This document shows, in pieces, positions 17,677-24,531 of a DNA stretch of 32,000 nucleotides. A program made the position numbers and the translations under genes. The stretch is taken from the sequence record KC821616.1; one strand, given 5' to 3'. Positions within the stretch are counted from its first letter, which is position 1, and the number at the start of each line of letters is the position of its first letter. This stretch comes from Cellulophaga phage phiSM. The notes under the pieces were generated by a model. That model did not search any database. It was not told where the DNA came from and was given only the letters and a program-made list of their open reading frames with translations.

Positions 17677-18141
17677 TTAAAATAGATTAACACTTGTTTC
17701 AGGTACCTCTTTCTGGTACTTTTTAAAATCGAACTTATTTAATAAAAGTAGTTCTTGAACTTCGTCGTACGAAAATACGGTAAATTTAGTGATTTCGTAC
17801 TTACTTATTTTTTTATTTATGCGTTTTAACGCTTTAGCTATTTGAACATAGTTATTTTCAAAATAGAAATCAACTTGCAAGTATAGCAATTGACACTCAG
17901 CTTCAGTAAGATCTTTGAATACTTTACACCAAACGTAATTTATATCAAGATTCTTAAGTATTGAAAAAACAACCTTACCATCTACGACTTCGTAAGTACC
18001 ATCTTTTTTTCTGTTAACAATTATACTCTTTAACTGTCCTTTTTCTGTGATTGACTTTTCAAGCTTCTTGAAATCATCAACGTTGATATTTTTGAAACTC
18101 CATTCAGGAATAACAATATCATTAATATTTATTTGTTCCAT
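17677..18141 (-). CDS. ParB-like N-terminal domain protein (DpdB-like by analogy)
   Basis: FKKLEKSITEKGQLKSIIVNRKKDGTYEVVDGKVVFSILKNL is ParB/sulfiredoxin-like. Overlaps the dpdA-like gene by 13 nt. Ends SVNLF. Confidence 0.65.
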   Translation of the reverse strand: MEQININDIVIPEWSFKNINVDDFKKLEKSITEKGQLKSIIVNRKKDGTYEVVDGKVVFSILKNLDINYVWCKVFKDLTEAECQLLYLQVDFYFENNYVQIAKALKRINKKISKYEITKFTVFSYDEVQELLLLNKFDFKKYQKEVPETSVNLF

Positions 18142-18851
18142 GTTGTGCCTCTATATTCCCAGATTTCTGTTATGTCTCTTTGAATTTTTAAAAATTCCTT
18201 AATTCTTTTTCTTAAATAGAACCAAAGCTTAGAATCTTCGTTCCAAAACTGCGTTCCGTTAATTTTACTCTTCTTAAAACTGATACTATCAACGCTATAG
18301 AAAGGAAACATCTTTAACCCGTCAAAGCTGCTATACCCTAGAGCGTGCGTTTTAACGTTGTCTTTCAATACATCGAATACTTCGCATAAGAATTTTCTTT
18401 TAACGTACTCATGCGTATCATTTGCTGGTGAAATACCTATGTAGTCAGATGTTTCAACAAACTTATGTAGCCATTTAATGTTATCGCCATAATGATAAAC
18501 TGGCATAACATTTTTTAAGTGCTGCTTTAGATACAGATAATTTTCATACCCTTGCTCACAACATTTATCAATATCTTCTTGACTTGAGCCTGTTTCAGGG
18601 ATGACATCAAGATTAATGTAAGTCCATTCCTCGGGTAAACTTTTGCAGAATTCAAGGTATTCATCTATATCAATACTACCTCCTTTATTCCATACTGAGA
18701 AAGCTCCTGAATCAATAATAATTTCATTGTAATCAGATATCATCTTAGGTGCTTCCTTTGCGTCAACAGCAAATGAGAGTAAGAAATTAGTAGCGCCTAA
18801 CTCCTTAAGCATATCGTAAGCTCTAGCTGAAGAACTGAAAAAATATTTCAT
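18129..18851 (-). CDS. dpdA: DpdA-like DNA guanine transglycosylase (TGT fold)
   Basis: IIIDSGAFSVW, YINLDVIPE, MPVYHYGD, YIGISPAN, THALGYSS. Embedded in a queC/D/E-folE cluster. Confidence 0.75.
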   Translation of the reverse strand: MKYFFSSSARAYDMLKELGATNFLLSFAVDAKEAPKMISDYNEIIIDSGAFSVWNKGGSIDIDEYLEFCKSLPEEWTYINLDVIPETGSSQEDIDKCCEQGYENYLYLKQHLKNVMPVYHYGDNIKWLHKFVETSDYIGISPANDTHEYVKRKFLCEVFDVLKDNVKTHALGYSSFDGLKMFPFYSVDSISFKKSKINGTQFWNEDSKLWFYLRKRIKEFLKIQRDITEIWEYRGTTWNK

Positions 18852-18860
18852 ATTGTTGTT

Positions 18861-19514
18861 TTAAAATAAATTTACTTGATTATCTTTCTCCTCGTTAATT
18901 GTGAATACTTTTTGCTTTGGTATGGGTCTGTTCGTTTTCTTTAAAAAACTAACAACTTTTTCTAGAAGAGGTGCTTTCTTATTAAACTTTGAAACGATAT
19001 CAAGAAGCTCTTGCAAAAGCTCAACATCTCGTAAATATTTCTTTAAATTGAAATCTTTCATTTCACATAAAGCTCCACGTTCACCATCAATTCTCATCAT
19101 TGCCCAACCCCTGCCAAACAGTTTATTCATCAAATAAGTCTTATCTTTTTTAACTAAGAACTTATTCAATTCAAATTCACAACTGAAAGGATTTGAAACG
19201 TGAATACCGCATCTACCATCTTCTTTGTTCAAGAATTCGCACTTTGAGTCAGGATTTTCAGTTTGGTAATTCGTGTAGACTGTAGCTCCGTTCACAATTC
19301 TTTTCTTAAATTTATGAACTAAGTGTGGATATGTTTCTTTAAACTTCTCCCAACGCTCTCCTTCAAAATAATCCAAGGAAAATTTAGGGCAACACCCGCC
19401 GCAATGTGACGGGCAAGAATAGTCCCTAAAAAACATTGGCGACAAAATCAATTGTTCGTTGTTGACTGCTTTAATGTAATCATCTATTTTATTTAAACTA
19501 TCTCTTTGCGCCAT
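18861..19514 (-). CDS. YkgJ-family cysteine-cluster protein; candidate base-tailoring enzyme
   Basis: CPSHCGGCC (CxxxCxxCC) plus a downstream C..C..C set (CEFLNKEDGRCGIHVSNPFSC). C-terminus QVNLF. Confidence 0.65.
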   Translation of the reverse strand: MAQRDSLNKIDDYIKAVNNEQLILSPMFFRDYSCPSHCGGCCPKFSLDYFEGERWEKFKETYPHLVHKFKKRIVNGATVYTNYQTENPDSKCEFLNKEDGRCGIHVSNPFSCEFELNKFLVKKDKTYLMNKLFGRGWAMMRIDGERGALCEMKDFNLKKYLRDVELLQELLDIVSKFNKKAPLLEKVVSFLKKTNRPIPKQKVFTINEEKDNQVNLF

Positions 19515-19566
19515 GTTTTTTTGTTTTAACTGAATTAATCAGCTGCAATGCAGCTGATTAATCTTA

Positions 19567-19968
19567 TTATAATTTGCCTTCTTGACAAGTTGTTGAGAAA
19601 CCTCCTCTAACGTTGTATTTTGTTTTAACAATGATAGCATCAGTTTCAAGGATTTTAGCTAAATCTTGGTAAATAGTTTTAGTACATCCTTCTTGGTAAA
19701 GTCCTACGTTTCTAAATGAAGTAAGGTAGTACTTTAAACTTTTCAACTCAATACATTTACCTCCTCTAGGTCTGTAAACGATTGTTAATTCAGCGATATC
19801 TGGTAGTCCGCTAAATGGACAAACCGCTGAAAACTCAGGAGTGAAAGTTTCAATTAATTGTTCCGAGGAATCAAAATCGAAAGTTTTTAGCTCTTGTGTC
19901 ATGATTTTTTCTACGCCATCAAACGCGAAAACTTTGCCGCTGGCTTCTTGATTTACTGCTGGATCCAT
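19567..19968 (-). CDS. queF: QueF-like 7-cyano-7-deazaguanine reductase
   Basis: PEFSAVCPFSGLPDIAELTIVY (catalytic Cys and Asp) and QueF motif ELKSLKYYLTSFRN. FHE is replaced by YQE. Likely start at the internal M at 19902. Confidence 0.8.
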   Translation of the reverse strand: MDPAVNQEASGKVFAFDGVEKIMTQELKTFDFDSSEQLIETFTPEFSAVCPFSGLPDIAELTIVYRPRGGKCIELKSLKYYLTSFRNVGLYQEGCTKTIYQDLAKILETDAIIVKTKYNVRGGFSTTCQEGKL

Positions 19969-19969
19969 A

Positions 19970-20578
19970 CTATTTCTTTTTTATGTTTAAATAAGAGATT
20001 AATTTGTTTTTTTTCTTCCCGTCAACTACAGTTGAGATACTAGCTCCAGGATATCCGTCTGAGAATTTTGAATGACTAACAATTAAGCCTTCAGTCTCTT
20101 TTTTAGTTTTGTAATCGATAAAAGTGATTTTATCGCCTTTTTCAAAGTTTTTCTTAGCTTCTTCAATCTCCTTCATTTTTTTTACTTTGTAAGGATATTC
20201 GCCAGTAGCTACAGGAGCTTTCTTCTTAGCTTCTTTAGCTACTGGAGCTTCTTTAGCTACTGGAGCTTCTTTCTTAGCTTCTTTAGCTACTGAAGCTTCT
20301 TTCTTAGCTTCTTTAGCTACTGGAGCTTCTTTCTTAGCTTCTTTAGCTACTGGAGCTTTCTTCTTAGCTTCTTTAGCTACAGGAGCTTCTTTCTTAGCTA
20401 CTACAGCTTTCTTAGCTACTGGAGCTTTCTTAGCTACTACAGCTTTCTTCTTAGCTACTACAGCTTTCTTCTTAGCTACTACAGCTTCTTCTTTTTTCTC
20501 GCTTTCCATCTTTTTTGGATTTGAATTATTTGTATTCATTTTTACTATTTTTCCTTCTGATTTATTCCAATTTGCCAT
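19970..20578 (-). CDS. Histone H1-like Lys/Ala/Pro repeat protein with small C-terminal domain
   Basis: (KEAKKEAPVA)n and (AVVAKK)n tracts followed by GEYPYKVKKMKEIEEAKKNFEKGDKITFIDYKTKKETEG... Confidence 0.6.
   Translation of the reverse strand: MANWNKSEGKIVKMNTNNSNPKKMESEKKEEAVVAKKKAVVAKKKAVVAKKAPVAKKAVVAKKEAPVAKEAKKKAPVAKEAKKEAPVAKEAKKEASVAKEAKKEAPVAKEAPVAKEAKKKAPVATGEYPYKVKKMKEIEEAKKNFEKGDKITFIDYKTKKETEGLIVSHSKFSDGYPGASISTVVDGKKKNKLISYLNIKKK
20207..20485 (-). repeat. Coding repeat array (30-nt KEAKKEAPVA units and shorter AVVAKK units)
   Basis: Directly visible in DNA and protein. Confidence 0.9.
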
Positions 20579-20614
20579 GATGTTTTTTTTGTTTTTTAAT
20601 TGTTATCTACTCAG

Positions 20615-20645
20615 CAAATATACAAGAACATATTGGTTATGCAAA
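20615..20645 (-). promoter_or_regulatory. Bacteroidetes-type promoter, TTTG-N19-TATATTTG
   Basis: CAAATATA at 20615-20622, CAAA at 20642-20645, dyad at 20641-20654. Confidence 0.8.
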
Positions 20646-20667
20646 ACTTTTTGCAAAAAAAAGCAAA

Positions 20668-20853
20668 TTATTTTTCCTCAGGAAATGACTTGTAATACAA
20701 ATCATCAGGAATCTCAAGCTCTTCAAGCTGTTCTCTAAACAAAACATCTTCTTTTTTAAAAGTCTTAATATCCCCTTCACAGTCTAGACAAAGGGTTTTT
20801 TTAGTTTCAAACAATAACTTTGCTTGAATTACAATTCCTTCACCTTGTTCCAT
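20668..20853 (-). CDS. Small acidic hypothetical protein, 61 aa
   Basis: ORF directly abutting folE. Confidence 0.5.
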   Translation of the reverse strand: MEQGEGIVIQAKLLFETKKTLCLDCEGDIKTFKKEDVLFREQLEELEIPDDLYYKSFPEEK

Positions 20854-21512
20854 TACTTAGTATTTAGAAACTCGTTTCTAGTTTCATGTTCGTTTCTAAA
20901 CGCACCACTCAACTTTCTAGTTGTCGTCCAACAATTCTTATCTTCAATACCTCTAGCTTTTACACAATGATGAATAGCACGTATTTCAACAGCTACATTT
21001 TCAGTTTGCAAAATAATACACAGAGCGGCATGGATTTGCAAAGTCAACCTTTCTTGCACTTGTGGTCGCTTACTAAAAAATCTAACAATTCTATTCATTT
21101 TAGAAAGTCCCAATACGGTGTTTCCAGGTATGTAAGCTACTTTCGCTTGTCCTTCAATGTTTTGAAAATGATGCTCACAGACACTACTCACATCTATGCC
21201 TCCTTCAATAACCATTTCATCAGCTCTCATCTTATTTTCAATTTGAGTACAAGAAGGAAAGTTGGCGTAGTCAAGTCCTTCAAATATTTCGTTGACGAAC
21301 ATCTTAGCGTATCTAGATGGAGTTTCTTTTAAGCTGTCATCATCAAGGTTTAAATTAAGAGCTTGCATTATTACTTGAAAGCTATCTGATATAACATTGA
21401 TTTTTTCAGCTTGCGAGCTGATTAACTCAGTCTCACTGTGAAAAGGAGTTTCAATTCCTAATTCAACAAGTCTTTGGTGGATGTGCTGTCCTAGCGTCGG
21501 ATCTTTTTTCAT
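20853..21512 (-). CDS. folE: GTP cyclohydrolase I
   Basis: SVCEHHFQNIEGQAKVAYIPG, VLGLSKMNRIVRFFSKRPQVQERLT, CVKARGIED. Confidence 0.95.
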   Translation of the reverse strand: MKKDPTLGQHIHQRLVELGIETPFHSETELISSQAEKINVISDSFQVIMQALNLNLDDDSLKETPSRYAKMFVNEIFEGLDYANFPSCTQIENKMRADEMVIEGGIDVSSVCEHHFQNIEGQAKVAYIPGNTVLGLSKMNRIVRFFSKRPQVQERLTLQIHAALCIILQTENVAVEIRAIHHCVKARGIEDKNCWTTTRKLSGAFRNEHETRNEFLNTK

Positions 21513-21517
21513 AATGT

Positions 21518-21634
21518 TTATTCTGATAATTTGATATTTATTCTGTGAAATTGTTCATCTGTTATTACGTGAATGTTTTTACATCTAATATAAAGCCATT
21601 CGTAAAATCTATTAAGCTCGTTGATGTTTTCCAT
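21518..21634 (-). CDS. Small ORF, 38 aa
   Basis: MENINELNRFYEWLYIRCKNIHVITDEQFHRINIKLSE*, in line with neighbouring genes. Read by eye. Confidence 0.35.
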   Translation of the reverse strand: MENINELNRFYEWLYIRCKNIHVITDEQFHRINIKLSE

Positions 21635-21646
21635 AATTGCAAATTA

Positions 21647-21802
21647 TTAACCTACGATATTCAACATAAGACTTTCAGTTCTCCCACAAGCCTTATAATA
21701 TATAACTTCTTTTTTAGTATCTGATATATCATTTACTAAATCATAAATACCTAAATTTAAAGCTTCTAGTAAATTACTGTTTGATATTGTATGTGATTGC
21801 AT
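21647..21802 (-). CDS. Small ORF, 51 aa
   Basis: MQSHTISNSNLLEALNLGIYDLVNDISDTKKEVIYYKACGRTESLMLNIVG*. It lies 31 nt downstream of a promoter cassette. Confidence 0.5.
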   Translation of the reverse strand: MQSHTISNSNLLEALNLGIYDLVNDISDTKKEVIYYKACGRTESLMLNIVG

Positions 21803-21833
21803 AATATTGTTTTTTTAATTGTTATCTACTCAG

Positions 21834-21864
21834 CAAATATATGAAAACATATTGGTTATGCAAA
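21834..21864 (-). promoter_or_regulatory. Bacteroidetes-type promoter, TTTG-N19-TATATTTG
   Basis: CAAATATA at 21834-21841, CAAA at 21861-21864, dyad at 21860-21873. Confidence 0.8.
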
Positions 21865-21892
21865 ACTTTTTGCAAAAAAAAAGCAAATTATT

Positions 21893-23119
21893 TTAAAACG
21901 GCACATCATCTTCATCAGTAATTGTCTTGCCAGCACTTGCTCCTATTGCAGGAGACGGCGTATCATCAACGTTCTCGCTTCCATGGTACTTGACATAATA
22001 ATTTTGTATTCCATTGCTCATCTTTTTGTTAACAGCGTGCTTGCTTAGCGCTTTACCTAAAGGAGAAGCTCTCATCTTATTATTAAAAGATGGAACGTTA
22101 AGAATTATTTTTTGCATAATCTCAGAAGTAGATAAAGGCTGTGATTTCTTTTTCTTAACCGGAAAAGTAAAGTACCTTAATAAAAGCTCTTCTTCTATGC
22201 TCATTGACCTAAACTCTTCATTTTGATTATTTATCTCTTTAATCTCATCAGTATCAAACCAATGTCTATATCCTTCTTTGTAAAGATGAAAAACCTGTGC
22301 CCATAACTTATTTGAATTGAGACCATGCATGTAATTAATATCATTAACTTTAAATACTAACCATCTTCTGTTTCCTGTAATATCGCTCAAGAACTTGTCT
22401 TCGTTAACAGAACCCAGGAAACTTGCTCTTCTCGAAAAGTGAGAAGTGTATCTTCCAAAAGCTTTTCTAGCTGATATACGTTGTCTAGTTATATATGATT
22501 TAATAGCTCCAATATCGTTACTCTTTAATGTTTCAAGTTCATCTAAATGTATAAACCAATACTGACTTAAATATATAGTATGGTCTTTGTTCCTAGTGTC
22601 TATGTTTCCTTCATAAAGATACTCAGACTGAAATTGCTTTGGCAACAAAGAACGCATCCATCTGGTCTTACCTACACCTTGCTTTGATTGAAACACTAAA
22701 CAAACATCATTCACTGAATCTGTATTAAGCAAGCAATCAAGAGTACCAACTAAGAAACGCTCCAAAGTGCTTCTAAAATATTTCGGATTATCTGTTTTAA
22801 TAGTATCAGCAAACTTACCAATATAATCAACTCCTTCATCCCACTTCTTTAAATCGTCAAAGTATTCTTCAAAAGGATTGTAATCCGGCGAAAAATCCAT
22901 GGACTCTATGAATATGTTTACTTTATCAGTAGCTACTTCTATATGCTCTTGCATAAGCTCAAGCAGTATAGAATTCTTTACTCTATCGTCATATTTTTCC
23001 CACTTTAGTTTTTTCTTCTTTTTAGAAAATTCGTAGAAACTAGTAACAACATTGAAACGAAAAACATACTTTGAAGAAATATAGTTGAATGCATTACTAT
23101 TTTTCCCGTTGAATTTCAT
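21893..23119 (-). CDS. VapE/VirE-like P-loop ATPase (replicative helicase candidate)
   Basis: VFQSKQGVGKTRWMRSLLP (Walker A), YWFIHLDELETL (Walker B), FLGSVNEDKFLSDITGNRRWLVF. Ends TDEDDVPF. Confidence 0.8.
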   Translation of the reverse strand: MKFNGKNSNAFNYISSKYVFRFNVVTSFYEFSKKKKKLKWEKYDDRVKNSILLELMQEHIEVATDKVNIFIESMDFSPDYNPFEEYFDDLKKWDEGVDYIGKFADTIKTDNPKYFRSTLERFLVGTLDCLLNTDSVNDVCLVFQSKQGVGKTRWMRSLLPKQFQSEYLYEGNIDTRNKDHTIYLSQYWFIHLDELETLKSNDIGAIKSYITRQRISARKAFGRYTSHFSRRASFLGSVNEDKFLSDITGNRRWLVFKVNDINYMHGLNSNKLWAQVFHLYKEGYRHWFDTDEIKEINNQNEEFRSMSIEEELLLRYFTFPVKKKKSQPLSTSEIMQKIILNVPSFNNKMRASPLGKALSKHAVNKKMSNGIQNYYVKYHGSENVDDTPSPAIGASAGKTITDEDDVPF

Positions 23120-23314
23120 TTATTTCTTTTTGGGTTGTTTTATTTGATGTTTTAAGCTTTGGTTGAATTGATTTTCAGTAATCTCCTCAACTACATTTTT
23201 TCTACTAACAACCCAAAATTTAAAATTATTATTAGTGGTAATAAGCTTTCTTCCGTCTTTTAAAATAAATTCTTTTTCAACACTCTTCTCTTTAATAAAA
23301 TTACCGTATTTCAT
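23120..23314 (-). CDS. Small hypothetical protein, 64 aa
   Basis: ORF abutting the VapE-like gene. Confidence 0.5.
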   Translation of the reverse strand: MKYGNFIKEKSVEKEFILKDGRKLITTNNNFKFWVVSRKNVVEEITENQFNQSLKHQIKQPKKK

Positions 23315-23337
23315 AATTGTAAATTTTGAGTTATTTT

Positions 23338-24360
23338 TTATTCAATATAATTATCAGCGATATTGATTATTTTTTCAATTTTCTCGTCAATGTTGTGCTC
23401 TTGTTTAAAGTTTGCGAAATTGCGCTTCACCTGCTGCTGCTTAACTGAAAATCGTTGCTCAGCATCATTGCCAAGATATTTATGAATAGCTTCAGTGCAT
23501 AAGTTTCTAGCTATTTGAGGAAGTGTCACGATTACGTTAGCCTCACACTTTCTTTCACCTACGTTTTTTAAGTAGTCTTGAACATAGCTCATACTAAAAT
23601 TTTTATGAGTAGGTGATGCTAAGTTTTTGTTTCCACCTGTAATTAAATTATCAATCCAAGTGAATTTGTTTTTCATTATAAAATCGTAGTTTAATCCAAA
23701 CCTGTCAATTATTAAGTTTTCAGGGTCATATCCTTCAACATCATCTTCCCAAGTTATGTTATTTAAGTCAGATAAATTTTTTCTTAAAAACTCACTAATT
23801 CTTAATCCATCAGGGTCGTGGTCACCGCAGTAAAGCAAAACACACTTCAAGCCCTGGTCTTCAGCTTCTTTGAATCTTCTAGCGTATTCAGCACGCTGTA
23901 ACATTGATGACCAACCTTTGCTATTTGCTATCGGGATTTTATATTTTCTACATACTGGCTCAAATAAGCTAATTAAATCGACTTTCTCAACAACCATTTG
24001 GATGTAATAAGTTTCATCTTTCCACCAGTTAACATCGTAGTTACTGTCGCAATTTAAAGACCAATCTAGCCATTGCGCAAATTTTTCGTATATTGTTCTT
24101 CTGTCAGCTTCAACAATGCCTTCAAACTCTCTAGCTTTTTCCTCAGCCACAAAATCAATAGGAAGGAATCCTTTTTTTCTGCAATTGTTAATAAGAGTAT
24201 TAACTTTATCAAATTGACTCTTATCAATCATACCTTGCTGTTCCATTATATAAGCCCATCCTCTTGAGCTTAATTTAAAACCAACTGTTCTGCTTAGCTG
24301 CATTAGAGTGTCTGAAAACTTAATCAGCTCTTTGTCGTTGTATCTAGCTTTTAATTCCAT
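23338..24360 (-). CDS. TOPRIM-like protein (Spo11/TopoVI-A-like region)
   Basis: YYIQMVVEKVDLISLFEPVCRKYKIPIANSKGW...VLLYCGDHDPDGLRISE gives E...DxDxxG geometry. ATG at 24360; the track start at 24381 is a GTG. Confidence 0.55.
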   Translation of the reverse strand: MELKARYNDKELIKFSDTLMQLSRTVGFKLSSRGWAYIMEQQGMIDKSQFDKVNTLINNCRKKGFLPIDFVAEEKAREFEGIVEADRRTIYEKFAQWLDWSLNCDSNYDVNWWKDETYYIQMVVEKVDLISLFEPVCRKYKIPIANSKGWSSMLQRAEYARRFKEAEDQGLKCVLLYCGDHDPDGLRISEFLRKNLSDLNNITWEDDVEGYDPENLIIDRFGLNYDFIMKNKFTWIDNLITGGNKNLASPTHKNFSMSYVQDYLKNVGERKCEANVIVTLPQIARNLCTEAIHKYLGNDAEQRFSVKQQQVKRNFANFKQEHNIDEKIEKIINIADNYIE

Positions 24361-24381
24361 AATAAATGTTTTAATAAGCAC

Positions 24382-24491
24382 TTTTAAAGCGGGGGCGTAG
24401 ATACAAACAATATAGGGAAAGTTTAATAAACCCGCTTTAAAATTGTGCTATAATTTTTTTATGTACTTGCAATATTATCTAAGTATCTACG
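24382..24491 (-). promoter_or_regulatory. Interleaved inverted repeats, pseudoknot-capable 5' leader of the TOPRIM-like gene
   Basis: TTTTAAAGCGGG (24382-24393) pairs with CCCGCTTTAAAA (24431-24442). CGTAGATAC (24396-24404) pairs with GTATCTACG (24483-24491). Confidence 0.5.
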
Positions 24492-24531
24492 TCTGCAAAT
24501 ATATATAAAAATCTAAGAAATAATATAATTT

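Noticed and set aside
11903-21332. Other plus-strand ORFs (11903, 13572, 14210, 15054, 16005, 18901, 20886)
   Set aside because: All lie opposite well-supported minus-strand genes and have no recognisable domains.
24382-24491. preQ1 riboswitch, tempting given the pseudoknot topology and the queF/queC genes
   Set aside because: Arms of 9 and 12 bp with long loops do not resemble the compact preQ1 aptamers I know, and the downstream gene is TOPRIM-like rather than a deazaguanine gene.
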